Positions 23,536-38,100 of a stretch of 64,000 bases of DNA are shown here, in pieces. Numbering within the stretch: the stretch's first letter is position 1; each line of letters opens with the position of its first letter. The stretch comes from Tubiluchus corallicola (Eukaryota; Animalia; Priapulida): NCBI GenBank assembly GCA_030141605.1, contig JAQGDQ010000009.1, positions 1 through 64,000 of the forward strand, read 5' to 3'. A program made the translations under genes and the position numbers. The notes under the pieces were generated by a model. That model saw only the letters and a program-made list of their open reading frames with translations. It did not search any database and had not been told where the DNA came from.

Positions 23536-26122
23536 ACGTGTTGTAATGAGATGGCCGCAGTGCCTTGCAATGTAGCCGAGCTGACCAACACTCATTTAAC
23601 AACAAATAAAGAGGGCAGCAGCCGCAACAGCGTACCAAAGTTTGACGAAACAGTGCCAAAATTTGCTGATTAATCAAAATATCGGATTTGCTAATAGAAA
23701 ACAGCTGCATTTTTCGCTCCATAAATTCTCCGCTGCCCGCAACAATTTGTCCAGAGCTGTCTCTAGATTTTGTTAAAGCATCAGATGTCTTCCATAGAAC
23801 TGCAGCATTAGTTAGAACTAGTCTAATGTGTGGTTAAATGCTCCTTGCAAACTGACTGCTTAGTAATAAGATTCAAACCAGTGATTAATATTAAAGTTAT
23901 TAAGTTTTAATGTTTAATAGTAGTGTAAATACTTAATTATTAGTTCTTAACAATTTAATATTTTCATAAGTCTTCTAGTCATAATCATTTGTAAATACAG
24001 AACAAGTCATCAGCATGAACCCTCCGCTGAAGTGAATCTAATAATTGTTATATTGATAAATAATAATTACTCTTCAATTTTTATACACAGTTACTGCTGA
24101 ATATGATCATTATCAAAGATACTGAAAATTTTAGTAAATCGTGTAATGATTTAAAATACCTAGCTCTAATTTGAATGAGTGAATAGCTAATATAAAAAGT
24201 TAATTGTCTTATTTTAAAGATTTTCTATGGTTCCATTCCATTTTAAACCTTTCATACTAGAATAGTAACACATTCCATGTGTTTTTCCTCTTTCAATTGC
24301 AAAACATTCCAATTTTTTTAATCTAAATACAATTATTTTTATATCTTTGCAAGCAGCATAGCAGTATCCTGAACTGCTGCTACACAGATTACCAAGCAAA
24401 AACACCAAATTACTGTTGTCAAAGCTTTAAAGACTCAAAATTAGTGTCATTTTATTTTTCATCACTAAATCAATTAATCAAACATAAAGACCTGTTAGCT
24501 TTTAAAAACTAATCTCTTTTTTTCCAGAGTAGAACTACACCTATAATTATTTATATGATAACACATAACCAGTATTTTCATTAAATTTGCCATAATACCA
24601 TACATGGTTACTATGGCAACGATTATTTCTATCAACAAACTTGGATTAAGTGAATATAAGACAGCTATTGGAATATTATGCAGCTTGCTATGCAACCAGA
24701 GCCACTGTTTTTAATGTGAGGTAGTGCAAAATTTGTTATCTGTTTCTACACCTCATACTTCCACATTTGTTGGCTATGCTGTTGTTTTTACGCAACTGTG
24801 AAGCAAGAAGCTCAAGGTTTATTTCATACCCAAATGTGTAAGCAAACTTATGTTTTTAACTCAATGCCATCTTTACTTCCATTTCTGTGTTTATTGTGAC
24901 ACTGAGTCCAAATTATATTACCTCTCAGGTTTGCAAGAGAAATGCATGCACACTAGTGTGACTAAGAGATGTTAATTTCTTCCAATTGTACTGTTCATGT
25001 TACATTAATATATTATACAAAATTGCTGTAAATACATACAAATGGTTCAATATAATAAAAGTTTATTTTGGGTTCACATTAACATACTAGCACGCAGTTT
25101 TATTATATTTATCTCATTAAAGCTCTTAATCAAATTTATTACTTACAAAAAGATCAATTTCTCTGTATGATAAAATTAAGAGATGTTGTTAATCTCAACA
25201 GAAAATATCCGAAGTTCAATATTAAGCTTAATTGTAGCATAAAAACACCAAAGTTTAATATGTATATCCAGAACGATTAGCCTACATACACGCAGTACTT
25301 AATATTTGTCATACCCTTTTATAGCACCCTAAATTTTTTATAATAGTACATTGCATTTGTGCTATTACTAGTGAAAGAGCACAATTCAGGGTCAATGTAA
25401 AATAATTATTAATTAATATCAACGTTAATATAGAATACTGTCATCCAATAAATAAAAGAAACAAATCGATTATTACAGCAGCAAAAACGATACAACTTTT
25501 GGCTCTCATACCATTATGTACAGTTACCATTAAAATATCTTTGCATTACTAATAAATAATAGTTAACATTTGAACAAAATATCTGCATGAGAGCAGTATG
25601 ACATTTTAATGCCTGAAATTTCTTTACGTCTTTTGCGTACATTAAACTGTTTCCAAAACAGGTTTTCATGTTTACTTTGCCATAAAGAATTTCGAGTTTA
25701 TTAAAGAGAACAAAAACTAATCTGTTCTGTTAAGACATTGACTTTGGTGAAAATGAAGTTCAGTTGAAAACTTGAATTAAACTTTACAAGGTGCCAAATA
25801 TTATTAAATAGCATACGTAAACCAGACAATAACTATTGTAACTTTTTTGAGAAAAAAGAACATTTCAATGATACATAACTGCTACCAAGTAGTTAGAATG
25901 GAAAATTGTTAGTGGAATGGAAAACATCAAAAATAAAACTTTAATAAAAATAAGAAAACTCATTTTGAACTTACCATTTTTTTAAAGACCGTAGGAGTGA
26001 GTTTTTAAATTATTCACCACAGATTATCAAACTGTCTCCAGATAAAAAACTTGGAACATAAGATAACTAAGTAAGAAATACATCTCTGCTTCATTAAATA
26101 TTTACTTCCTGATCAGTTTCCA

Positions 26123-29100
26123 TCACCGATTAGGGTCATATGGCTTTAGTAACAATTCAGAGAAGTTCTGAACCTTTTGACAACCTCTAACCTCATGGTC
26201 CAATAATGGCAATTTTGTAATGTGAAAGTCTTCATAAAGGTCCATAATCTGAAAGAATGTTAGAACAGCAACAGTAAAATGATGCACATGTGTCAATATT
26301 TGCAAAAAGAGAATATACACAAAAAGTGGGTTGCAAAATATTTTATGACTACTACTCATTGGCCACACAATGCTACAAATGCTCTATTTTTTGAACTTTA
26401 CACGATATTATTTAAATTTGTTTCAAATGAGGTACTGTTAATTGCGTCACCTAATGTGCGAGCGTGGGAGTTTCAATTTTCAAGTTTCATATAGCATTGC
26501 TGTTAGCGCAAGCTCTCTATGCAATAAGACAACATGTAAGTGATGTAAATTTCAAGCTTTATTTATGAAGACTGTTTTCTTGTCCTTCAAACAGTTAGGT
26601 GTTTACAATGCACAGATGTTATTTGATCTTTTCGGCATTAATTACATTTAATGATAGATTTGTTTTCACCTCAGTGCCATTAAAGGCATTGCGTCAATTT
26701 TCACATTTTTTTAACAAAAGGTATGATACAAAATAGCCTCATACACAATATTTCTACACAATCTATTTACAGGATTTGCACTTTGCTGCTGTTGCTACAT
26801 TTGACGATTCGACCAAAAACCAAATTACGACTACATAAGCCAAATACTTCCTAGCACCAAATTTAAAGCACAAGAAACCACTCTTCTTAAAATAAGCTTT
26901 ACAAAATTTGTCTTGAAATTTTATATCACTTACATACTGTCTTATTTGTGCACCAAGCTTGTGGTAGCAGTAACTCTGTATAAAACTTGAAAATTTAAAC
27001 TTAAATAACGTTTTAAGAATTTTCTTTTCCATTTGCGTTAAGTCTTTCAAACAGGTAAGCATAATCCAAAATAATATAACTTTGTATGAAAGATTTTTTG
27101 GGATAAACTTTGAAATTTCCTTTTCTTCCCCTTTAAGTTCTTTTTACTATGTTGAATGCACAAATTCTGCCAGTAAATACCATTTATATAACGTGTATTT
27201 TTTACCTGTTCCATGTACTTTGACTGTATTTTATAACGAGCTGCACACATTTTACACGGCTCTTCTCCCGTCTTCAGAAACACTAGCTGATTTACAACTA
27301 TATTGTGCGTGTCTATCTCCGACCGCGTCAACTCTTGCACTAGCCTCTCCGTCTCGTACAACGACAAAAACTCTGCTATACATACGCACACAAATGTAGT
27401 TAAGTCCTAAACAGAGAAAAATTTTATCCAAATTAAACATAGCATTGTAGCGGCTGACGACAAAACAAATCAGGCGTCGACTGCTTGCAATCACAACAAT
27501 GCTAACGACCGAGTGAAGTTAACTCTACAGTGTATGTAGCACAGTGGTCCAAGTAGTAGAACTCTGACTGTAGTATAGAGAGCAATATAGAGCAAAGAAT
27601 TTTTCATTAACCAGGAAATTACGGTATAATAAAATTGATAACTATATTACTAACGTTTTTGATAGGTTTGGCACTATTATCATTAATGAAAATACCAATA
27701 AAACAAACACCATAGACGGAATAATGGATGTAATAATAAAAAAATTAAGTTTTCATTTGCTAATAAATAGATATTCTACACCCTGGTTGCTTGCTCATGT
27801 AAGCATTAGCAATATGCAACACTTTGAAATGCAAAATCATTGGATAACCCTAACAAAATACATAAAAGTGCCTTTCCTATGACCAATATTGCTAGTATAG
27901 AAACTAATAAATAACAAATTAACTGATGCAGTCAGATGGGAGAGTAAACTGGCTGAAAAATGGCTCTTTTTATAAAGAAATTCAGTGGTTCTCTGATTAA
28001 TAATCAAAAATTATTAACTTGTTTTATTAACATATTATTAATGGTGCCTAATTTTGCAAGCTTACACAAAACTTATTTCATATCCGACTCAAATGATTAC
28101 TTTGTAGCCTATTATTTATTCCACAATTATGACTCGGCTCCTAGGATGCTCATTGCACTAATTAATGCCTAAAGTCTACCCATGACCGATTCAGTCCAAA
28201 GTGATGATCCCATTGCATACAAATAAAATGTTGAAATACTTACTGGATTTCTGAACTGTTCGTTGACTTGTCGTATGACAGGTAATGTTTCTTCTAATTT
28301 GCTTGACATCTGATCAGCATTGACATTACCCATTCCCAACATATTTCCTATCTAAAATGAATCACTTTTTATACATCATATTATATATAAAATAAAGAAC
28401 GGGTAAACAAATAATAGCACAAGTTATTTGAAACAAAATGTCTTCACACATACTAGCCAGTAGCAAAAATATTCTGATTCTTTTTAAAATGAACCCGAAC
28501 TTCGCACCTGAGATATAAAAGGTGTGAAATGTGACTTTAGTTTCAGCAGTTTTCCCAAACCCTTTTCAACAACAGCAGGAAAGGAGAGGAGACGCAGCGT
28601 GTGTCCAGTAGGTGCCGTATCAAACACGACTACATCAAAGTTCATACTCTGTACAAGCCTAAAATAAAAACAGACAGTGAGCATCGGATGTACAACGACA
28701 CGTTCATCACTTCCCTAAACAAGTTCTGTTTTCCAATAGACGCTATACCACCATTTGTAATTTTACAAATAAATTCCTGATATAATAGAGAATTCATACT
28801 ACAATTGCAGAAGGCTTTTTCATGATTGTGGGAGTGTAACAGATGTCATCCTACAGCCAAGATGATCGCAAACTAGAATCGTCTGTATAGTAGACAGCGT
28901 TCTACAATCACAGGCTGATTTTGGATTTTTTGTATTACAGTTTCTGCACAATTTCGAACTAGGTAGCACCATCATGTGGACTTTAGTTTATGATTGTGTG
29001 TTTTGTTATCATGATGTCTGAAGAATTTAAATCATTTAAATTTCATCCGTAGAGTCAGGGATTGTAGTGAAATGTACTAGGCATGATTCTGACTGTGACT

Positions 29101-32100
29101 GTAGTAACGCATTTCGAATCAGAAGTTTTCTTTGTTTGACTGTCGTGGAAACACTCTAATAGCAGTCAAAGCATGTATATCACATTTATTAAGCTTAATT
29201 CATCAAACTCACCACAATTAAAAACACATCAGACATGTACATTTATGCCACCATTTCCAAACTCAATTATCCAATTGTCAAACTTCGTGTCAAAAAACAC
29301 AAATACACATGTAGGGAGCAGCGAAGTAATTGAAAATAAGGTTGACGTTTAGGTTTAGCAACAACAGGATAAAATTTTATATTTGTCTTAAGATCCTATC
29401 AACGACTGAGTTCTCTTGTCACTGCAGCATTATTTCAGTAATATTTCTCAACATTCAAACAAAAAACTTTACATCGTTTCGGTGCCGTTACATTTTAAAA
29501 AATGGCACGCTCCACCTGTAGATGATTGCACTCTTATCTACTGCCAAATCTAGAGTTGCATTTACTAAATCTTTTTGCAGTACGTCTATATACGGTAGAA
29601 GCCGACCAGCCTTGGCTTTTTTCAAGAGCTTGGCATAATGCTATAGGAAGAACAGGTTCATGAAGTAGTCTTAGTGCATGCTCAATCAATACAATTTGTA
29701 GTACAAAAACTTTTCATGATCATGTCATATGCCCATTACCTCTATTGAAAACATTGGGCAGGCAGAACTCTAAAAGAAATCTGCCCTCAAGACTGGAAAA
29801 CACAGCAGTAATTCAGCAAAAAAAAAAACTAGACACTACTATGTCAGCACAGCTTCTGAATTTTTTTATATATAATTAGCAAATGATCAATATGCAAGAT
29901 CTTAGAACATTGCTTTATTAAATAGTAGATAAAAAGATGTAGGCTCATACTTCATGACTTCAGCATAACTCATAGCCTCATCAATCCCTGGAAATGCTCC
30001 CATTAACTCTGAGACGACGGCTTTTCCTATTCCCATTGCACTATCTATGGAAAAAAAATCATTTTTAAATAAATATCATCCATACTGTTTATTTGTCAAA
30101 GGCGAAATTAAAAACTGTTAACAATTAATCAAACATAGTTAAAAACTCTTTCTAAATAAATATTTCTAACAGAACATGTTTAAAAGAATTTTGAATGATT
30201 TGCAAATTATTATAAATCAGCATGATAACAAATAATCATCAAAGATCCATTTATAAAAATGCATACTAATGCACTGCTAAAATAATACGAATAAACGCAT
30301 GGTGCTAGGTTGAGAAATCGGTGGATAGTTTGCTGTAATATGCAGGTACCCGCTACCAACCGTAAATAGTTCTTGACAAAATTGTTGGACAACTAAAAGT
30401 CTGAGCGTAGACAACTTATTACACAACTATTTTATTTGCGTATCTACGTGGCACATTTAGACTAAAAACAGTTGTCCACATTTTTTGCTACAGAAAAATT
30501 GCACAAGTAAAAATTGCATGTGCATGTGTGTAGCACATTACAATTGTTTTCAAAATGCTATCACCTAGTTACAGATACAATTTAAACTTTGTTTGTCGTA
30601 AAACAAGGTTTCCAACTTTAAAATGACTTTACCTCAAAATTTCAGTTAACATTTGAAATAAAAAGCTTCAAAATAAACAATCCATGAAAAAATAGCTAGA
30701 AAAAATTGAAGATATCTATTGTACCCCATGTTCATTGAGTTAACACTGTCAAAACCTTGATAATTTCTTCATACCAAAGACAAAACAAAACACATTACTT
30801 CAAGTGATAAAACCAATTTTTTGATACTACATGACCAACCTTTAACAATCTGAATAATTAAGAGAAACAATCAAACACTTACCATCCTCAAAATATTCTT
30901 CTGGTAATTCACTCATTCCTAAATTAGGATCGATTTCCTAGAAATGCAGAAAAATGCGCAACACAGTGAAATTCCCAATATGGATGGAGAACAGAAGAGA
31001 ATAAAGGGACATTTAGATGATCAGTTTTTTTCATCAAACTTGTTTGTCAGTTTTAGTTTGACAAACTAAACATCGCATAAACAGTGAAACTGACAAACTA
31101 TATTAAACCATCTTGCATTCATCAAAAAAAAAACTGACAAATTCAGGCTCAACGGCCAATATTGTCGCGTGCTTGTTACATGGTACTGATTGCTAATTTT
31201 CATGTGGGGGCCGGGGAATTTTGTTGTTATTATTCCAGCAAGTGGCATAAATATATGATGATCAGCATTGTTGGACGTTGGCTGATACTGGAACCTGGAG
31301 TACAGAAACAGTGGTAATACGAAGGTGCTTACAAAAACAAAATTCCAATTTTGCTATCTACTTTCTACTAAATCAACTAAACAGCTTGCAACAGTACTGT
31401 ATGTGCGTTATACAGGCGCTGGTTAGTTAAATTGAACTTCTGGCAATAAATAGTCAAACATTGCAGGTGTGACATACTCATGTCACGTGACACCCTCAGC
31501 ATTTAAATCTTTGAGAATCACGCTGTAAGTGCTTCTTTCAACTCTTTGCTGTAGCTATTTTTTCATCCAAGCTTTCGAACTGTTTCTTTTCCAATTTTTG
31601 CTTTTTTGTCATTCAGGCTAGCCCAACAGACAACAAAGCACGTCTACACATTGTACGATAATTTGACTGATACCCTTTGCTGAATAGTTATTACCAGAGT
31701 TTGACGGAGTAAAGATTGATTCATTTTTCATGCATTCATTTTTAGACCGACTGTTTCTGTCCATCAGTTTTGGTTTGACAATTTAAGAACTGATCGTGTA
31801 AATGGACCTTAAAACTAATCAACACTTCTTTAATAGAATGCAATGATTTTTCAGCATGCCACTTAACTGATTTAGTACAAAGAACTTATTGACTACAGAT
31901 GTCAATCACATCATTTAAGGCAAAAGCAACTACACAGATATAATGGACACTAGCTCCACCCTAAGCAAGTAGTAACACTACAGCATCACTGTAGACACCT
32001 CACACTTACAGGCAAACCAGAAAAAATGTTAGTTACTTACAATGAGTTTAGTGATGCTCTGAACCTCAATGACCAAAAATCTAATGTCTTTTCAATCCAT

Positions 32101-33868
32101 CAAGAATTCATAATAATTTTGTCTGCCAAACTCAGATCAAATACACAAATACTAAGGAGGTACGCACCCACAACCTCAAATTGAATCTTAACAAGCTTTA
32201 TTTGTCCAATTAAACTTTGGTAAGAAATTATTGTCCTTGTTGCAAATATCCTAGCAAAACACTGGTTACTTTTTTTTACACTTAGGCACACAGCGTAAAG
32301 CAGTAAAAGAAACAGCTTTCTCAAAGAGATGTTTGTACGTACAGTAAGCCCTTGCTCAATGAGTCCTCATTTAGCTACATCACGTTTTAACGACGCTGAA
32401 CATTCGACACCTTTTTCTCACTTAACAACGCACGTTTCATTTTAATGACAATTTTTTTACTTTGCTCGCTGCTCCTTTTTATTTTATCAGCAACTTTTTT
32501 TACCTAATTTGAAGAACTAAAACAGTACATACTGTATCACACTGTCTGAAAAACGCAATAATAACCTAAACAGTGCAATCATTGTTATGTTTTTGCTTCC
32601 CGACTGACTACATATTAAATTCTAGCCATTTGTATCAAGTGAGATCTATTAGCCAACTTATACGCCTCCAAGCAACCTTTCTCTAAAACAACCAGATTAA
32701 TACAGTACATTAGTACAAAAATTGTCTCAAGAGTACTCCATGCAGAACTTCGCCTTCACTAGGTAGCGTTTAACTCGCTAGCAAGTCTAGCTAGATATTG
32801 GTAAGAAAAATGGGTGGTTTCAAGCAAACAGAACAAAATTAATCGGTAGAAATATAAATAAAACTGAAAAAACGTTTAATATATATGATGTAAGCAACAT
32901 TGATTTTAGGTTCTAGAATTTATCTCAATTCTTTTACATTACTTCCTAAGGAAGTCTTAGTTTCGTTTAACGATGTCTTGCTTAACGGCGTGTTTTGCTG
33001 AAACGCATTTGCTTCATTAAGCGAGGACTTTCTGTATATAGCAACGAAGTACATACCATTGCATACAGATTATGAAATCCTTTCACTTTTGTTGGCACTT
33101 TAGAAAATTTTTGATCAAATGCATCTGAAATGTTGTGTGCTGGATCTGTGGAAATAACCAAAACTGTTTCTCGCACTTTAGCTAGTTGAATTGCCAAACT
33201 ACAACTGCAATTTAAATGTAATAATAATATTAATAATAATCACAACAACTTATGGCTTTTTGTGTTAACATCATGAGACATATGTTGTTGAACCAAGAAG
33301 TTGTGAGACATTTATGAGTAGGAGTTATGCAAAGATGCATTCTAACATCCCTCATCGGCATGATATCCACAGTTAGTTTGCCAATTATCAGAATTCATAT
33401 ATATATATATATATAAGAGATATCGCCAAAGATGGTGGCATAAGACTTTGATGGGTACCAATTAAGATGTACCTACGTTAGGTATTGTAAAGAAGGTACC
33501 AACATCAGCAATCAAAATACTATTTCAGTAACATGTTGTACCACATGAGAAGTTACGAGCGGGAAAGTCAGGCTCAACAGATAGCTAAAGATCTAATCAT
33601 CAAAACCCTTGTTTCTTTGGAAAGGCATGTTGAAAAGTAAGTTATATAGATTACCGGCTGGTAAGCCACGTGAATGTTGATCTTAATCACAAATAACAGC
33701 ATTTAATGCAATTTGTTCAAAATTGCTAGAAATTTACCTGCACGTAGTTTTGCCTACACCACCTTTCCCGCCGACGAAAATCCATTTCAATGTTCTTTGC
33801 TCAGTTATGTTACTAAGGGACTGTTCTAAAGGTTCAAAAGAATCATTTTCGTCAACGGTAGCCGCCAT
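26123..33868 (-). CDS. ASNA1: ATPase ASNA1/GET3 (TRC40), tail-anchored protein targeting factor, complete, about 337 aa
   Basis: Eight GT-AG exons: 33868-33738, 33204-33057, 30937-30883, 30044-29951, 28658-28508, 28351-28244, 27406-27206, 26248-26123 (1014 nt with stop). Motifs: [14 protein letters not shown] (deviant Walker A), [46 protein letters not shown] zinc site, DLYEDFH. Confidence 0.97.
26375..26586 (+). mobile_element. Family B MITE, right-end fragment
   Basis: Matches the 3' part of 37570-38041 and 43211-43706 (TATGCAATAAGACA.CAT.TAAGTGATGTAAA); ends TTTTCTTGTCCT. Confidence 0.65.
26995..27132 (-). mobile_element. Family B MITE, left-end fragment, inverted
   Basis: Reverse complement reads TTAA|AGGGGAAGAAAAGGAAATTTCAAAG...CATACAAAGTTATATTA...GGAAAAGAAAATTCTTAA. 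Confidence 0.7.
31005..31809. mobile_element. PIF/Harbinger-like MITE in ASNA1 intron 2
   Basis: 22-bp TIRs AGGGACATTTAGATGATCAGTT / AACTGATCGTGTAAATGGACCT (18/22), TAA on both sides; subterminal TCAGTTTT.GTTTGACAA repeats. Confidence 0.75.
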
Positions 33869-35102
33869 GTCGGGAATACCTGCTGCACACTAATTTTCGA
33901 AAGCGACACAATAATAAAAAAAATTCCAATAGCTACAGAACTTTTTTAAAAACTACAACATCACGTTGAAACGCTTAATATTATTTAAAGGTCGGCAAGC
34001 AAACCGGATACTGATTTTTATTCTAAAATTAAATCGAACTTATGTTGCGATAGGTATCATGTCAGCTTCCTACGGTCTCCCTAATTTGATGCACTTGATG
34101 AACGTGATGATATAATTTTGAGTGTCCATTCACTAAACTGATGGACCTATTCTGATGGACGTTCGTTTACTATATCGATGGGCTTGTTTAACGTAATTTT
34201 GGACACATTGGACGTAAGTTGAACGCCTACTAAACTGATGACTCGATGAGTGATGGACCTACGTAATTTTGGACGCAGCTTCGAGCATCCAGTCACTAAA
34301 ATGAAAACTATCTTGATTGACGTGATTTACTTCCATTTTATATGTGTATTTGAACGCAGAGGACGTCCATGTAGTATGTGTATTTGAATGCGGTGGACTC
34401 ACAAAATAATTTGACGTAAAATTAATGGACCTATGTAATTGTTGACGTAATTGATTAGTTTTTGCAATGTGATTTTTATTTTAACGACGGCCGTCTCGTA
34501 AGGTATGTCCTGGTATTTGCAGCCACTAGACTCCGGCATGCAACTCAAGATTGCGTGGTTGCAAGCCGAAATCCAGACCACTCGGTCACCCAGCGCAGTA
34601 CATCACTTCCCCGTTTTTTGCATGCCATTTTATTTATTTCACATTATAGTTAACACGACACAAAAGTTCTTGTTTTACTGTTAAATTATTTTTTAAAGTT
34701 TATGTGAACAATGTAATTAACCTATTACAGATTAACACTTTGCGTCTTCAACCGCGCTTTGGTTGCTAGCTGTACCTGTCCTAAGTTAACTACTGCACTG
34801 ATTGTTTCATAGTTACAATACACTCTACAGCTGCTGAATTAATTTATCAGCCTACAGTCAAGCACGTGGTAACTTGCTAAGTATCACTGACTCAGATTAT
34901 CAGAGGATGCACATTGGCGACACGCATATCGTAACGAAAAATATCTTGGTGCATCAGTATGTTGATATTTTGTTACAGTTTCAGTATGATTAGTGGTTTT
35001 TTACTTCTATCACAAATGGAGAACAGCATCTATGGCAAATGGAGAAAACATTTCTGACAAACCTTTTATAGTTGACTTTCACCATCAAATATTCTACCAG
35101 CA
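33869..35102. promoter_or_regulatory. Shared divergent upstream region of ASNA1 and HECTD3 (candidate bidirectional promoter)
   Basis: Start codons point away from each other 1.2 kb apart; CpG-containing stretch, repeated ACGTAATT/TGACGTAA motifs, candidate HECTD3 5' UTR donor aag/gtatgt near 34503. Transcription starts cannot be seen. Confidence 0.6.
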
Positions 35103-38100
35103 ATGAAACTGCATGAGAATCAACGAACATTAGCTCGTTTACGCTGCTTAACTGAATGTGTGGACTGCATTGTTAACTGCTATCAGCTTCCAGAGAGTTT
35201 GTGTTATGTAGCAGCCAAATTAGCCTTCAAGATTAAACCTGGTGTGCAGTACACGGGCAAATTTGTTCTTCACTCTCAGCCAAGTAAAAGTAGTTCTAAA
35301 GCAACTGATCAGCTTCCCCTGCCATGTACAGCTTCATGGACATTTTACGCTTCAGGAGAAGAATATTGCAATGGAGATGGACAATGGATAAAGTTGCTTC
35401 AAGTGAGTAGGCATCAAAAAAAGTGTTTTAAGATCTTAGTTATGCTTAAATTAGTAATGGTATGACAAATAAGTATAGTTCTTATAGTTTATAGTTTGAT
35501 CTTTTGTGTACATGGTATTTTGCAATATTGTAATACAGCATAATGTAATAGCTAGTGACTTGTTTTCTAGAAAATCATGAAATACACAGTTGACATTAGA
35601 GTAATATTTGGGATATTGATGACTTTGCACTTGTAATTTCTAATTTGCTGGATTCTCTCGTGACGTATGTCCAAACTCCAAGCAATATTTTATTGTGATC
35701 ATAATAATCATAATTTTCTAGTATTGCACTACTGGTAAGCAAGAAGATATAGTAACCCTGAAGGACGATGCCTGGTTGCTGCTTTTTGATAACCAAACGA
35801 CATCAAGCGGTATACCAGAGCAACCCATCCTGTTACAAGAATCATGTGATACATCTCAACAGTCAGGCCTAGGGTCAGCTATGAGGCTGCATAGGTAAAG
35901 TACATCACCATGTTAAGCATTTTACTTGAGATCATGTTTTGCAAAATGCACTTTGTGTTTTTTTAGTGCAACATTGATTTTATTCAATGAATCTTTACAA
36001 ATTTGTTGGAGAGAAAATTAACCTCTTCATTATTGCATAGTTTGGTATCCGTGTAAGGGAATATTTTAAGAAAAGAAAAATTTGGTACTACTACAGATAC
36101 AGTGAGATACTACTGGAAATTACTACAACTTTTGCTATATCACCATCAGTTTTACTATCACAGCTATCAATGCCACTATTTTCATCCTATACCACCATCA
36201 CGAGTCCACCATTTTCATCAACACCATCTTCATCATGCCATTTCAAAAGTAATTTTGTTTTGAGTGGTTTAATTCAAAGCAGCTTGCAAAATGTAGAGTA
36301 GAAAACAAAAGTCATGACGCAGCAGACTGCGGTAATAATATCATTGTTTATGCAAGTTCTGCTAACTTTTTTTGGTTATAGGCATTTTGTGTCAGTTGAT
36401 TTGTAGTCTTGCCAGTCAGTCAGTCAGAATAACATGGTCATACAGGCAGTGAAGTGGTTAATGTCCATATTATTAGGATTATAAGATGAGCTGAAAAAAC
36501 ACCTCTATTTTGCACAGAATGTGTTAATTTAACAAATTGCAGACTCGGGTTTTCACTGCACTTAGTCTGCACTATCTTATCCAGCCTTCTCCAAAGTAAG
36601 CACTGTAAGCTAATCTTTTTTCACTCCAGTGATTAATAAGTTCTCATTGATTTATATTTCAAATGATACTTGGACCAAATAGGAAAATAACCGATTAATT
36701 TTCCTAGACGGCGATTATCCGCAGCTACTCTGACTCTCGATATAAACCATTTCAATAATTCTTTTCATTGGAGATGTTTCCATGGCTGTCTTAGGTGCTG
36801 TGGTGCTCAGACCACTTTGAACTACTTCTTGTGTACATTGTGCTTCCATAATTGAACTGGGCTGTCTCTAGGTGGAATTAGGCACTGATTGATTTGTTAT
36901 ATTTCTACTGATCTTTCTAATTATATCTCTGGACAGCTTAAAGAAAATGTCGCCAAATATCTTTTCTTAGACTTTCCTTAGCAGTAGGTACTGTTTGCTC
37001 ACAGATTTATTTTATTTATTAGTCTGCAATAACCCTTTTAGCTAGTGTGCTTTTTCAATTAGATTTTAATTGGGAATGTTATAGTTATACTAACTTTAAA
37101 ACAAACGGGCTTTGATGAAGAATTTTCTTATTTTCAGATGGGAGGATGTAGTAGAATACAACTATTCGTTAAAACTTAGCAGTTTTGCGGAAGTGGAACC
37201 TGCTGCTCCAGATGCTGTGAAAAGATTACGAGATGTTCCGCCATCTTGGCTGCTAGATCACGATGAAGAGTTAGCCAAGTTCCTGTGTGACCATACCCGA
37301 AATGATAATGAATATTTGGGCAGCGTCAGAAATTATGTTGATTCTATTCAGGTGTCTTCTTTTTGTGTAAGTAGTCAAATGTGTGCAAAAACGTTAAGAA
37401 AATCTCTAAAAAAATTAATAATCGGAAAAATCACTGGCTAGTTTTTATGCCGTATCATGAATTAGGACACTTTAGAGTATTACAGTTGTACCAGTCACAA
37501 TGTGAAAGGAAGCCCATTAATAAAGCTAGTATTTACTTATGCTGCTTGGATATAGTATCAATTACTTCAAAAGGGAAGAAACTAATGTATACCCCAAAAA
37601 TCTTTCCATACAAAGTTATATTACTTAGTGCAACACTTCCGTAATTGGAAAAGAAAATTCCTAATAATTTAAAATATTCATGCCAACTGGTAAAAACTTC
37701 ACTTTTAATCATCATCTCTATGTGCCACTCATTCACTAAAAACATTATTGATTTTATTGATCACATGAAGTAATTTAAACTTTTGCTTAGTTAGCAAAGT
37801 GTGTGTCATGAATGTCCTGATTATTTTTCAAACTATAAAAGCAAAGTTATCTAAATTTGTTTCAAATGATTTACCATTAGAATAGCTCAGCCTAACGGGC
37901 ATCGCGGGAATTTAAATTTACCAGTTCTATGCAGCGTTACTGCTAACGCAAGGTCTGTACACAGTGAGACATCATGTAAACGATACTAAATTTAAAGGCG
38001 ATTTTTTAGGCTTTGTTTATGAACAGTGTTTTTCCTAACTTTTAAGCTGTCTTGGTTTATGTGTTATATTGATTTAACTCAAATGCCTGATGTATATACT

